The notes under the pieces are model-generated. The model was not told the DNA's origin, ran no database searches, and saw only the letters and a list, made by a program, of their open reading frames with translations. A program made the position numbers and the translations under genes. A DNA stretch of 64,000 bases from Pristiophorus japonicus (lineage: Eukaryota), in NCBI RefSeq assembly GCF_044704955.1, contig NC_091984.1, positions 146,692,001 through 146,756,000 of the forward strand. Direction: 5' to 3'. Shown piece by piece: positions 1 through 12,531 of the stretch (within the stretch, counting starts at the first letter, position 1; every line of letters starts with the position of its first letter).

Positions 1-992
1 AGACTTATTTTCCAAGGGTCGGTAGGGTCCTTATCCCTCCTACCATTTTGCACCACCTCTCAGTAATTCGCTAAGCCTGTGTCAGCTCCGTCTAGTTTCT
101 GAAGCCTACCCTGTCCCAGTGGATTGCGGGCGTTCCAATCACACTATCATGGGAATAGTAGTGAGGATGCCGGTCATGGATGGGACAGCCCGACCCTCAC
201 CGGTATACAGGGTGGAGAACACTGGGGTCATTCAAGGAGGTGCACATGTTCATTTCACAGCGTTCCCACCTATGACATAAAGTGGGTGCAAGCTAAGACA
301 GATACTGACCTCTCTAGGTGCCGGAGCCGGGGTGCACACATAATACTGTGCCCCCAGCACTTGAACGCCTATTCCAAACCACAGTGCGGGTTTAAAGCTG
401 CTGGCACACAACCTATCAACTGTACCATGGAGGTGATGGCACAAGTCCATGTTCCTCCACAGGTAGCATATATAGGGGGTGGGACATACTGTGTCACCAC
501 GAGTGCGCCCCACTACCAGCATGGATAGCACATTTGGTGTCCGGTGAGTGAAAGCATTTTCTGTTTTAAACCCGAGGCAGAAGTTCAAGTGGCTCAGGAA
601 CGGATTGTCCCCATTCCTGAACCCTCCTCTGTTCACCTCACTGTAAGTGACAACATAACAAACCTGCAAGACTGTCGCATACTTTGGTTACGAGATTCCC
701 CCCTCTACCCGAACATCTTACCGCCCTACTGAAAGCTGTAGAAGTATCACAGAAACATTTCTATACTCTAGAACAAAAAACAGTTGAGATAGGGGGCGAG
801 ATTTCGGAAATCACAGTTCCACCTTGGTGGAATATTTTCAGAAATATAGAGGTCTCAGCCGGGATCAGAATAGCTTCCCACGTTTTAGTTGTCTGCCAGC
901 TCGCGATTATTCTTTATCTATGGTGTACTACGTGCAGGGTGAGAGGCAGAGGTCATTGGTCCTGGCACCAGAGGGTGCTGGACGAGCCCTAG
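1..992 (+). pseudogene. env: 3' part of env (F1/TM-like subunit) of long-LTR retrovirus A, frameshifted
   Basis: Frames give LSLCQLRLVSEAYPVPVDCGRSNHTIMG..YRVENTGVIQGG..DLSRCRSRGAHIILCPQHLN..QKHFYTLEQK..PPWW..hydrophobic TM IASHVLVVCQLAIILYLW. Colinear with the env at 51315-52500. Confidence 0.85.
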
Positions 993-1368
993 CTGAACTT
1001 AAGGATTGTATCAGGGAGGGAAACACAAAATATGATAGAACACTGCAAAAGAATCGCAGTCGCCCGGTGAGGTCCGGTTTAGATTCCACCTGCTGTAAAA
1101 AAACGCAGAGGACAAGTGTTAAAAAGTTTGTCCTATGTGTGTTTTACTGTGTACTTTTTGTGAAACTGGAGTAATGGAGGGGCATTGGACCCTTCAATGC
1201 TGTAATGTGACTTATGACGGAATTTACCTGTAAACAGTAATACATCTCAAAGGAGAATGTACGTTTGGGTTTAGCTAGGTAAATTACAGGGGCAGGTGGG
1301 CTCTCGGGAATCAGGAATTTTGTTCATTTAGGATGACACTCTGGGGCGAAGAGTGGTAAATGGGGGAT

Positions 1369-3080
1369 TGTAAGATTCCAAAATTCGTGGAAAGCCCGCC
1401 AGTGTTTGGACTCACTGAAAAGGAAATTAAGCAGGAAGTTTGGGATCCTGAAATGCCCATGGAAGAAATCTACGAATTTTAACCAAGTTTGGGATTTTAA
1501 AAAGGTGCATGTTGGGTCTGTGAGAAAAGGGCTGCAAGACCAGGGGTGGGTTCAACCTCTGAAAAACCCATTTGGATATTGGAGCTAATCAAGCTAATCA
1601 AGCTGTCTGGGGATATTGGAGCTAATCAAGCTGTCTGGGGATATTGGAGCTAATCAAGCTGTCTGGGGATATTGGAGCTAATCAAGCTGTCTGGGGATAT
1701 TGGAGCTAATCAAGCTGTCTGGGGATATTGGAGCTAATCAAGCTGTCTGGGGATATTGGAGCTAATCAAGCTGTCTGGGGATATTGGAGCTAATCAAGCT
1801 GTCTGGGGATATTGGAGCTAATCAAATTGTCTGGGGATATTGGAGCTAATCAAATTGTCTGGGGATATTGGAGCTAATCAAATTGTCTGGGGAACTGTTT
1901 ACTCTCAAACCTTCCCCCAGAAGACATTTACATTTCAACAATCGACCCAAGAAAGTACAGTTTCAATCCAAGCACAGGACCCATTCGACACATGCATAAT
2001 GCCAATCACCTTTCCGGCCTGCATAGAAAGCTGGGTCACAGGCAGACAACTCAACATCAGAAACTAGCTTTAACAATTGCGACTCGAAACCCACAGATAA
2101 TTTTAACAATTGATGCATTTTCAATCCAGATACCGGTAACGAGCCCACCAAAACTTAAACAAAGAACCAAGGTTGATTTGGCGAGCAGATTAGGGGATCT
2201 CACACAGTATAACTGGGGGCCAGTTTTTATAGTCAGGACTGCACTTTGCTTCTACAGCAGCCTCGTATGCTTCAGAGCTGGCAGACAACAAGATCAGCAC
2301 ACCAGCTTCGTTAACCTGGTTCTTCAGAACATCAACCAAGACAGGATCGCAAGTGACCAGGACATCAAGTACACCGTGGCAGCGAGAGGCTCATGAAACA
2401 ACCACCAAGTTATTACCAGCAACCAAATTGGTAATATTGAGCCACCACGACCAACGATTTCAAAACCGAAGTCACCTCGACGAAAACCCGAAGATTTGAA
2501 AGCTGTTTCCACTCTACCAGCTATCCCTGAGCTACCAACGGGTACAACATTACCTAAAAGAACTTTAAAAACTACTGCTGAAGGAAGAAAGTGGGTACTT
2601 AGCCCATAGATCCAATACGCACCCTACCGCATCAGCGGACACCACCCAACTGTGGAACACGCAGCAAGAAGTCCTCTCCTACGTTCTGGGTAGGGCTAGC
2701 AGAATCAACAACGCACCCCGAAACATGACCCATTACTGACTGTCAAGGAAGGGTTGGTGAGCATTGTCCCTGAAGCCCCAGAGCCTAACTTAGTTAGAAA
2801 AGGGAATTGGGAGGTGGGCGGTATTGTACTGCTGTGTATACTCTTGTGTTTTAGTAAAGGATTCCCCATTAGAGTGATAAGTTTTCTCTCATTTAAAATG
2901 ATAATTTTTCTCAGTTTTTAATAAAAGATGTATTCATTCTTCTTGAATAAAATCCATAACTTCTTTGGACAAGACGGTTGTCTGCTGCACTTTATCACAC
3001 CCTGATTAATAAATCCAGGTTCGAGAACCAGGGAGTGGGAGCAACTCACAACCGCTCTGGGTCAGGAAGGCAAACTGACA
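1369..3080 (+). mobile_element. 3' LTR (about 1.7 kb) of retrovirus A
   Basis: Purine tract ..AAATGGGGGAT, then TGTAAG at 1369. AATAAA motifs at about 2920-3013. Ends ..CTGACA at 3080 (right end less certain). Start and U5 segment resemble the LTR at 49296-50823. Confidence 0.75.
1575..1892 (+). repeat. 28-bp tandem array (about 11 copies) in U3 of the LTR
   Basis: Unit CTGGGGATATTGGAGCTAATCAAGCTGT. The last three copies read CAAATTGT. Confidence 0.95.
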
Positions 3081-3100
3081 GACACACCACCCTCAACACT

Positions 3101-3300
3101 CAGTACTGCCCCTCTGATAGTGCAGCACTCCCTCAGTACTGCCCCTCTGACAGTGCAGCACTCCCTCAGTACTGCCCCTCTGACAGTGCAGCACTCCCTC
3201 AGTACTGCCCCTCTGACAGTGCAGCACTCCCTCAGGACTGCACAGTGGTATATGTCTTTATTTTACACTCAGGTCCCTGGAGTGGGGCTTGAACCCAAAA
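3101..3300 (-). repeat. 33-bp minisatellite (about 4 copies) derived from a Deu-type SINE, with SINE head remnant
   Basis: Unit CAGTACTGCCCCTCTGACAGTGCAGCACTCCCT. Its reverse complement matches the SINE body at about 35205-35242. Ends in a reversed B-box-like GGGTTCAAGCCCCACTCCAG. Confidence 0.8.
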
Positions 3301-4667
3301 TACAACATTGCATCATTGGATGCTGCACAGTCTGAGCTGTGAGTCATATCACGACCTCAGTTGGAACAGCTAACTCAGAACAAACAACAAATGCAACTTT
3401 TATACAGCACCTTTAACACAGTAAAACTCCCCGAGCGCTTCACAGAAGCGTTATAGAATAAAGATTGACAGCGAGCCACGTAAGGAGACATTGAAAATTG
3501 CAGCTCAGTCAAATTGTGAGGGAAATTGGCAGTGTTGTCTTCATATCAAAAGGGGGCGATGTTGGTTCTGAAAAGACCAAATTTTTGGACAATTTCTGTG
3601 TCACACAATTGATTGGTTTGTAAAACCCGTTTGTATCAAACCTCCAGTCAGGTTTGCAGAATCATTTCCAGATCCCCACGTGTCATTTGATGGTGGATCT
3701 CAGCATGTATCTCCTCGTCCGCTCGTGAGGCGGTGTCTCAGACCGATTGGCAGGTCAGCAGCCACTCCGCACTGCAGCGAGCATCGGCTGGCCATTCCAC
3801 TGTGGGAGGCCTCACCGCGGAGCTCGGTGCACGGGGTATATCCACACAGAGACACTCTGCCGCCAGGTACAGCAGCAACAACCTGCATTGCTATAGCAAC
3901 TGGAACATTAGAACAACATCCCGAGGCAGCTGACAGAGGCGTAATCTGGTCAAAGTGGTGCTGAGCCAAAAGGGGAGGGGCTGGGAGGATGATCAAAACC
4001 CTCAGTCACAGATTGGGTTTGAAGGGAGGTCTTAAAAGAGGAGAGGGGTGGAGTGGCAGAGAGGTTTAGGGAGCAGGGAGTTAGGGCCCAGGCAGCTGAA
4101 GGCACGGCCCCCAATGGAGAGGGAAGGGAAGGAGGGGATGGATAAGAAGCCTGAGCCAGATACAGCGGCCCCTGAACACAACAACAACTTGCATTTATAT
4201 AGCGAGTGTTGTGACAATGACAGACAGTGAGAATATAACCCTGATAATGTAACACAGTATTTGCAGCACTTGACACTGTGGGGAAAGCTTGTAATTTTAA
4301 ATCCATGAGCTGTACATAAGCGAGAGCAGGACCTGTTTGTGGCTGGTGCGGAGATCACCACTTACAGAAGGTAGTTACTGCAGGGAATTCAGGGCCACAG
4401 TGACCTCCTGGACTAGTTTCCATCGCCTGCTGGGGAGGGGCAGGGGGTGGGGTCAGAGAGGAGTTTCCCAGATTTATTTCCCCCAATGGGTTTTTTCCCT
4501 GGTTTTTCGCCTCTCCCAGGAGATCAGGTAGTTTTGGGTGGGGTGGAGAGTCTATACTGTGATACACAAGGTATCACAATTGTGTGGGACGGGCTGGATG
4601 GACCACAGGGTCTTTACCTGTCCGTCACTGTCCGTGGGTTTGGGTTTCAAAGATGTGGAGCTGAATT

Positions 4668-4815
4668 GGAAAGAAAGACTTGCATTTATATAGCGCCTTT
4701 CACCACCTCAGGACGTCCCAAAGCGCTTTACAGCCAATGAAGTACTTTTGAAGTGTAGTCACAGCGGTAATGGAGGAGACACAACAGACAGTTTGTGCAC
4801 AGCAAGCTCCCACAT
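4668..4815 (-). mobile_element. SINE/L2-type 3' tail fragment
   Basis: Reverse of the ..GAAAGGCGCTATATAAATGCAAGTCTTTCTTT tail. Similar to 35420-35520. Confidence 0.65.
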
Positions 4816-5042
4816 GTAACTATGACCAAATAATGGGCCCAAATTGCGTATCGACCCGGTTGGGGCCGTAACTTTCCCTACGTTCAGGGACCACCCCGGA
4901 AGCGAAATTGGGGTCACGGCCCCTGACAGGAAGTGGAGCGCAATGTGGTGTGCTGCACCTCCCCTGGGGGTGGGCTCGGGGGCCAGTGCCGGGCTGCACC
5001 ATCGTGGCACCGACCCCGCCACATCAGCACAGAAAGGCCGAC

Positions 5043-6770
5043 CGGAGAACTTTTTTAGCCAGTATGTAACACGCCCAACAAGGGAGGGGACGGTTCTTGA
5101 CTTGGTTTTCGGGAATGAAGAGGGGCAGGTGGAAGGGGTATCAGTGGGAGAGCATTTTTGGTGCTAGTGATCATAATTCAGTTAGATTTAGGGTAGTTAT
5201 GGAAAAGGACAAAGATAGACCAGGAATAAAAGTTCTCAGTTGGGGAAAAGCCAATTTTGCTGAGCTGAGATGAGATTTGGCCAAAGTAGACTGGAAACAG
5301 CTATTGAAGGTAAATCAGTGTCAGAGCAGTGGGAGGCATTCAAGGTGGAAATCCTGTGGTTTCAGAGAAAGTATGTTCCCTTAAAGCAAAAGGGTGGGAC
5401 TAACAAATCTAGAGGCCCCTGGATGTCAAGGGAAATACAGTGTAAGATAAAGTAAAAAAGGGAGGCTTATGACAGATACCGAGGGCTCAATACTGCAGGA
5501 ACTTTAGAGGAGTATAGAAAGTGCAGGAGTGCAATTAAAAAGGAAATTAAGAAAGCAAAGAGAGAGCATGAAAACATTTTAGCAAGTAAAATCAAGGAAA
5601 ATCCAAAGATGTTTTATAAATACATTAAGAGCAAGTGGATTACTAAAGAAAGAGTAGGGCCTATTAGAAATGTTGTGTCTCTGCACCTTGTTAAAAACTC
5701 ACACGAGGCATGGATATATCAGACACGGTCACTCTGTGACCTTCACTTTATTCCCATGACGAAAGAGTGCTGATCCTGGGTGGGACCTACCCTTTTAAAC
5801 CTGGAAGCCCAGGTGAGGAGCTCACTCCCTGTGGTCAGGATGTGAATTACAAGGGTACAGGTACAGTATGCATGAGTTACAGTTACATTCTTCTAGTCAT
5901 TGCAAGATGGTGAAATACATGACAAAGGTAATCTGTGGTGTGGAGGCGTAAGACGTGGGTATGGATCTTAATGATTACTTTGCATCTGTTTTCACAAAAG
6001 AGAGGGGCGATGCAGACATTGTAATCAGGGAGGAGGAGTGTGAAATATTAGATGAAATAAACATAGTGAGAGCGGAAGTATTAAGCGACTTAGTAGCTAT
6101 GAACGTGGATAAATCCCCTGGCCCGGATGAAATGTATCCCAGGTTGCTAATAGAAGCAAAAGAGGAAATAGCAGAGGCTTAGACCGTCATTTTCCAATCC
6201 TCTCTGGCTACAGGTGTGGTATGAGAGGACGAGAGGTCTGCTAATATTGCACATTTGTTTAAAAAGGGGAAAGGGATAGAACAAATAATTACAGGCTAGT
6301 CAGCCTAACCTCGGTGGTGGGAAAATTATTCGAAAAAATTCTGACAGACAGCATAAATCTTCATTCAGAAAGACACACCTTAATCAAGGACAGTCAGCAT
6401 GGACTTGTTAAGGGAAGATTGTGTCTGATTAACTTAATTGAATTCATCGAGGAAGTAATCAGGAGGATCTCTGACGTCAGCACGTTTGATGTAGTGTATA
6501 TGGATTTTAGCAAGACATTTGATAAGGTCTCACATGGCAGACTGGTCACGAAAGTAAAAGCCCATGGGACCCAGGGCAAAGTGGCAAGTTGGATCCAAAA
6601 TTGGCTCAGAGGCAGGAAGCAAAGGGTAATGGTTGATGGGTGTTTTTGTGACTGAAAGGCTGTTTCCAATGAGGTTCCGCAGGGCTCAGTACTAGGTCCC
6701 TTACTTTTTGTGGTATATATCAATGATTTAGACTTGAATGTAGGGGAATGATAAAGAAGTTTGCAGATGA
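5043..6770 (+). mobile_element. CR1 LINE ORF2 fragment (degenerate), interrupted by a solo LTR
   Basis: DLVFGNE, KSPGPDEMYPR, YMDFSKTFDKV and KFADD motifs. Inverted counterpart at about 31320-32820. Confidence 0.9.
5671..5924 (-). mobile_element. Solo LTR of Mag-like Gypsy family
   Basis: TGT..ATACATGACA termini and a CCAGGTGAGGAG core shared with the LTRs at 36268 and 40752. Interrupts the CR1. No clean TSD. Confidence 0.75.
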
Positions 6771-8952
6771 TGTGTAATGAGAATGGACTAATTAATAATC
6801 TTATTGTGCGAGGCCCCTTGGGGAAGAGTGACCATAATATGATAGAATTCTTTATTAAGATGGAGAGTGACACAGTTAGTTCAGAGCCTAGGGTCCAGAA
6901 ATTAAGGAAAGGTAACTTCGATGGTATGAGACGTGAATTGGCTAGAATAGACTGGCGAGTGATACTTAAAGGGGTGACGGTGGATAGGCAATGGCAAACA
7001 TTTAAATATCACATGGATGAAATTCAACAATTATACATCCCTGTCTGGACTAAAAATATAACGGGAAAGGTGGCTCAAACGTGGTTAACAAGGGAAATCC
7101 AAGGAAGAGGCATATTAATTGGCCAGATAAAACAGCAAACCTGAGGACTGGGAGAATTTTGTAATACAGCAGAGGAGGACTAAGGGTTTAATTAGGCGGG
7201 GGAAAATAAGGTATGAAAAGAAGCTTTCTGGGAATATAAAAATTGACTGCAAAAGCTTCTATCGATAAGTGAAGAGAAAAAGATTAGTGAAAACAAATGT
7301 AGGTCCCTTGCAGTTAGATTCAGGTGAATTTATAATTTGGAACAAAGAAATGGCAGACCAGTAAAACAAATACTTTGGTTCTGTCTTCACGAAGGAAGAC
7401 ACAAATAACCTTCCGGAAATTCTAGCGGACTGAGGGTTTAGTGAAAAGGAGGAACTGAAGGAAATCCTTATTAGGCAGGAAATTGTGTTCGGGAAATTGA
7501 TGAGATTGAAGGCCGATAAATCCCCAGGGCCTGATAGTCTGCATCCCAGAGTACATAAGGAAGTAGCCCTAGAAATAGTGGATGCATTGGTGATCATTTT
7601 CCAACAGTCTATCGAATCTGGATCAGTTCCTATGGAGTGGAGGGTAGCTAATGTAACACCACTGTGTAAAAAAGGAGAGAGAGAGAAAATGGGTAATTAT
7701 AGACCGGTTAGCCTGACAGTAGTGGGGAAAATGTTGGAATCAATTATTAAAGATGAAATAGCAGCACATTTGGAAAGCAGTGACAGGATCGGTCTAAGTC
7801 AGCATGGATTATGAAAGGGAAATCATGCTTAACAAATCTTCTGGAATTTTTTGAGGACTAGTAGAATGGACAAGGGAGAACCAGTGGATGTGGTGTATTT
7901 GGACTTTCAAAAGGCTTTTGGCAAGGTCCCACACAAGAGTTTGGTGTGCAATATCAAATCACATGGTATTGGGGGTAATGTACTGATGTGGATAGAGAAC
8001 TGGTTGGCAGACAGGAAGCAGAGAGTTGGGATATACGGGTCCTTTTCAGAATGGCAGGCAGTGAATAGTGGGTTGTCGCAGGGCTCGGTGCTGGGACCCC
8101 AGCTCTTTACAATATACATTAATGATTTAGATGAAGGAATTGAGTCTAATATCTCCAAGTTTGCAGATGACACTAAACTGGGTGGCGGTGTGAGCTGTGA
8201 GGAGGATGCTAAAAGGCTGCAGAGTGACTTGGAAAGGTGACTTGATGAGTGGGCAAATGCATGGCAGATGCAGTATAATGTGGATAATTGGGAGGTTGTC
8301 CACATTGGGGGCAAAAACACGAAGGCAGAATATTATCTGAATGGCGGCAGATTAGGAAAGGGCGAGGTGCAGCGAGACCTGGGTGTCCTGGTTCATCAGT
8401 CATTGAAAGTTGGCATGCAGGTACAGCAGGTGGTGAAGAAGGCAAATGGTATGTTGGCCTTCATAGCTCGTGGATTTGAGTATAGGAGCAGGGAGGTCTT
8501 ATTGCAGTTGTACAGGGCCTTAGTACACTGGAGTTTAGAAGGATGAGAGGGTGTCTCATAGAAACTTATAAGATTCTGACAGGACTGGACAGGTTAGATG
8601 CGGGAAGAATGTTCCCGATAATGGGGAAGTTCAGATTCAGGGACACAGACTTCGGATAAAGGGTAGGCCATTGAGGACTGAGATGAGGAGAAACTTCTTC
8701 ACTCAGAGCGTTGTTAACCTGTGGAATTCCCTCCCGCAGAGAGTTGTTGATGCCAGTTCATTGGATATATTAAAGAAGGAGTTAGATATGGCCCTTACGG
8801 CTAAAGGGATCAAGGGATATGGAGAGAAAGCAGGAAAGGGGTACTGAGGGAATGATCAGCCATGATCTTATTGAATGATGGTGCAGGCTCGAAGGGCCGA
8901 ATGACCTACTCCTGCATCTATTTTTTATGTTTCGATGTTTCTATGTTTCTAT
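6771..8952 (+). mobile_element. 5'-truncated CR1 LINE with (TTTCTATG)n 3' tail
   Basis: RT motifs YLDFQKAF, QGSVLGP, KFADD. Internal deletion near 8523. Octamer tail at 8920-8952. Confidence 0.92.
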
Positions 8953-10290
8953 GGGTCCAGAGCTGCATGCAGTACTCTAGCTGTAACCTAACTAGTGTTT
9001 TATACAGTTCAAGCATAACCTCCCTGCTCTTGTATTCTGTGCCTCGGCTAATAAAGGCAAGTATTCCGTCTGCCTTTTTAACCATCTTATCGACCTGGCC
9101 TGCTACCTTCAGGGATATGTGGCCATGCACTCCAAGGTCCCTCCGTTCCTCCACCCCTCTCAGTACCCTCCCATTTATTGTGTATTCCCTTGCCTTGTTG
9201 CCCTTCCCCAAATGCATTAGAACAAGGCTGCAGCTAGAGCAGCCTTTCCACCCGCTGACAGTGCTCACTGAGTCTGACTCATGGAATCGATCAGCTGGAC
9301 ATTGATCTGGAAACACCAGCCCCCTGGTGAGGGAATCAAGGCTCTGATGCGACTGATAAAAGTCAAGATGAAATTGCGGAGAGGTACACAGCTACTGCTG
9401 GACACAATGAACAGGAGGAGGCCATTCAGTCCCTCGAGCCTGCTCCCCCATTCAATCAGATCATGGCTCATCTGTATCTGAACTCTATCTACCCATCTTG
9501 GTTCCACAAGTTCCAAGGCCTATACTCTCTAGAGTTTAGAAGAATGAGAGGGGATCCCATTGAAACATACAGAATTCTGACAGGGTAGATGCAGGGCGGA
9601 TGTTTCCTCTGGCTGGGGAATCTAGAACCAGGGGTCAAAGTCTCAGAATAAGAGGTCGGCCATTTAGGACTGAGGTGAGGAGAAACTTCTTCACTCAGAG
9701 GGTGGTGAATCTCTGGAATTCTCTCCCCCAGAGGGCTGTGGAATCTCAGGGGTCAAGTTTCAGGCCGCGCCTAGAACGGCGCAGCCCCGACATGGACGCC
9801 CGTTTTTCGTGCCTAAAAGTGCGACAAAAATGTACCTTGCAATTCTCGGGCTCCCTGCAGGTCCCTCGCAGCTCGGCGCGGCGCGCAGACATCAGCAGGG
9901 GGCGGAGCCACAGAGTCGCGCCAATTCTGCAAGTGCAGGGGGCGGGGCTAAGTCAAATGAGAGAACGTCCTGCCGACAGCCCTGCGCCGTGCGTTTTGGA
10001 GCACGCGCGCCCGCGCAGTAGCCCATAAACATTGGCACTCGGCCATTTTTAAAGGAACTTGAAGAAATGTGCTGGTTTGTCTCGTGGACCTCTGGAAAGG
10101 CTTGGGATTGAATTTTGGTGATTTTTTGGTGTCTGAAAGAGTACTCTTAGCAGCACTGTTGAAGAAATCACCTGCTGATATTAGTGAGTGCTGCTTTTCG
10201 CTGCTAAACTTCCAGAACAGGTGCTGCATAGGTGCATGCAAAATAAGGACTGTGTGTTTTGAAAAATAAGAGTTTCAATTCAATACAGCA

Positions 10291-12034
10291 ATGGAAAAAC
10301 GTCCACCAAGAACAAAGACTTTCTTGCATGAGGAAGTGGAGATGTTCATAAATGTCATTGAGCAGAGATGGCAGGAGCTAGATACCAGCAACAGAGGTCG
10401 CATAAAAGTGCCACCGAAAGAAATGAAGAAACGTTGGAACCAAGTTGCAAAATAGATCTGGAAGCCAATGTAAAAAGAAATGGCACGACCTTGGTCAAGT
10501 AGTTAGTGGGAATAATTTTTTCATTTTTTAATGGAATCGGAATTGTGATGTGACTATTTATATGTCCCTCCCTGCAGAAAGACGCACTCTGTAATAAGTT
10601 ATATTTTACTCTTTGCAGAAGAAAGTGCCTCACAACAAAAGGGAAGCAACTCGAACAGGAGGAGGCACGCTCAATCTGCAGCAACTGACACCCTTGGAAC
10701 AGAGGGTAGCTGCCATGATGAGTCGTACATGGAGAACAACATTCAGTACAGCACAAGCTGGACCCACACGTGAGGAAGAGGGTAAGTCCTGAAAATGCAT
10801 CGTGGCCCTTGAAAATCAACCTGCTGCCTGGCCTGCTATATGTGAGAGTACTCATGCCCCCCATCCTGCCCCTTCCCTTGCTGTTAAACATTTGACTGTT
10901 CTGATATATTTTTCAGAACATGATGATGATGATGATGTCAACCCTGAGGATCCTGAAGATACAGAACAAGAACCAGTACAACCAGATGCGGACGATCCAG
11001 ACTGGACGCTGGCGGCGATGACTGAAATGTCTACAGTGGAGACCTTCCAAATTAATGTTTATGAGCCCCTATTAAGGGGTATCTGAGTTTCAACCCCTTG
11101 CATCGGATCTGGTTCCACCTTCCGTGGTTTTGATTCCGACGTTGCGGGTCCCAGTGGTGCTGGTGATATCATGAAGCAGTTTACAGCCAGTGCACCAGAG
11201 TCCGAGCCTGCGCCTCTCACTCGCATAGGTTCTGGTTCCACCTTCCATGGTTTTGATTCCGACGTTGTAGGTCCCAATGGTGCTCGTGATATCATGGAGC
11301 AGTTTACATCCATTCACCCACCATCCCAGCCCATGCCTCTCTCTCTAGTACTGCTGTCTGGAACACCGAGCGCCTCACCATCCCAGCCCGCGCCTCTCTC
11401 TCTAGTACTGCCGTCTGGAACACAGAGCGTCCCACCGGCCCAACCTGCAACTCTCTCTCTCGTACTGCCGTTTGGAACACAGAGTGTCCCACCATCCCAG
11501 CCCACGCCTCTCTCTCTAGTACTGCCGTCTGGAACACAGAGCGTCCCACCATCCCAGCCCACGCCTCTCTCTCTAGTACTGCCGTCTGGAAAACCGCGCG
11601 TCTCACCGTCCCAGCCCGCGCCTCCCTGTGTAGTGGTGCCGTTTGGAACACCGAGCATCCCACCGTCCCTGTCCGCGCCTCCCAGTGTAGTGGTGCCGCG
11701 AGGCAGGCCCAGGCAGAGGAGAAGGAGATTGGAGACACGCTCTCCTGAGATGCTGCATGCAACAGATGCGGATCAGGTTGTGGCATTGGGTATGAAGACC
11801 AATGAGCTTACCCGATCACTCATCGGTAGCGTCAGTGCAGTGGGTGAAGAGGTGACGGTCCTGATGGGAGAAATAGCAGTAATGACACGGGAACTTAGGG
11901 AGGGAATGTCCGAGGGAGTGCAATTGATGGCACAGGCCGTCAGGGAGGGCATGCAAGTGACGGCACAGGCCCTCATGGAGGTAGCTGCTGCAATAAGGGC
12001 ACACAGCCCCGCCAATCAAATGACACCCCCATGA
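10291..12034 (+). pseudogene. Harbinger Myb/SANT-like DNA-binding protein, spliced (about 3 exons), disrupted
   Basis: Exon 1 MEKRPPRTKTFLHEEVEMF..KKRWNQVA..QCKKKWHDL. Exon 2 (about 10619-10781) has REATRTGGG, with TTTGCAG acceptor and GTAAGT donor. Exon 3 from about 10917 is acidic and PST-repeat rich. Confidence 0.8.
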
Positions 12035-12531
12035 AGAAATGAACGTTCACTGAGATGTGGATGAGAGATGGTTACAGCCGTTCTTTGCTGCTTTTGTTCT
12101 TGTTCTTGATGTAGCTGTAGCAGTGTTTTTCACTTGAAATTGTTTTGTAACTTTTGTATCTTTTCAACTTATAAGTGATCATCGGGTTTTTAAATGATCT
12201 TATAGTGTAAATGCTCGCACTTTTTGTAACTTATTTAAGTTTGCAACTAAAAAGTGATTTTGAAGTTAAAGTGATCTTAAGATTATAAGATTATTCACAT
12301 TGAAATTGTCTTGTAACTTTACAAGTTTATAAGTGATCTTAAAGATCTTCAAGAGTAATATTAAAAAGTAAAGTTTGATACAACAAATATTTTATTACAG
12401 TGACGTTAACTTTTCAATAAAATATGTTTTCATTAAAACTGAATCATGTTCCATTAACACAACACAACATAGGAACAACTGCAAAGAATAAACATGTCCA
12501 TGGGCAACAGTTGTCGCAGAGCCCTCAGGCA

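Noticed and set aside
1575-1892. CRISPR-like array
   Set aside because: Head-to-tail units without spacers, inside an LTR of a vertebrate genome.
1992-2396. ORFs inside the long LTRs (also 49867-50229) as accessory genes
   Set aside because: No similarity between elements A and B and no recognisable motif.
1-3080. Retrovirus A as the inverted duplicate of retrovirus B
   Set aside because: Different LTR bodies and insertion sites, and protein divergence far above that of the duplicated flanks.
3738-4403. Isolated heptamers CACTGTG/CACAGTG (about 3738, 4274, 4397) as RSS
   Set aside because: No correctly spaced nonamer and no adjacent V or J coding motif.
9218-9407. Island encoding LIWKHQPPGEGIKALM (also 29693-29885), reminiscent of V-region FR2
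   Set aside because: No flanking Cys, YYC motif, leader or RSS, and there are stops upstream. Its recurrence is explained by the segmental duplication.
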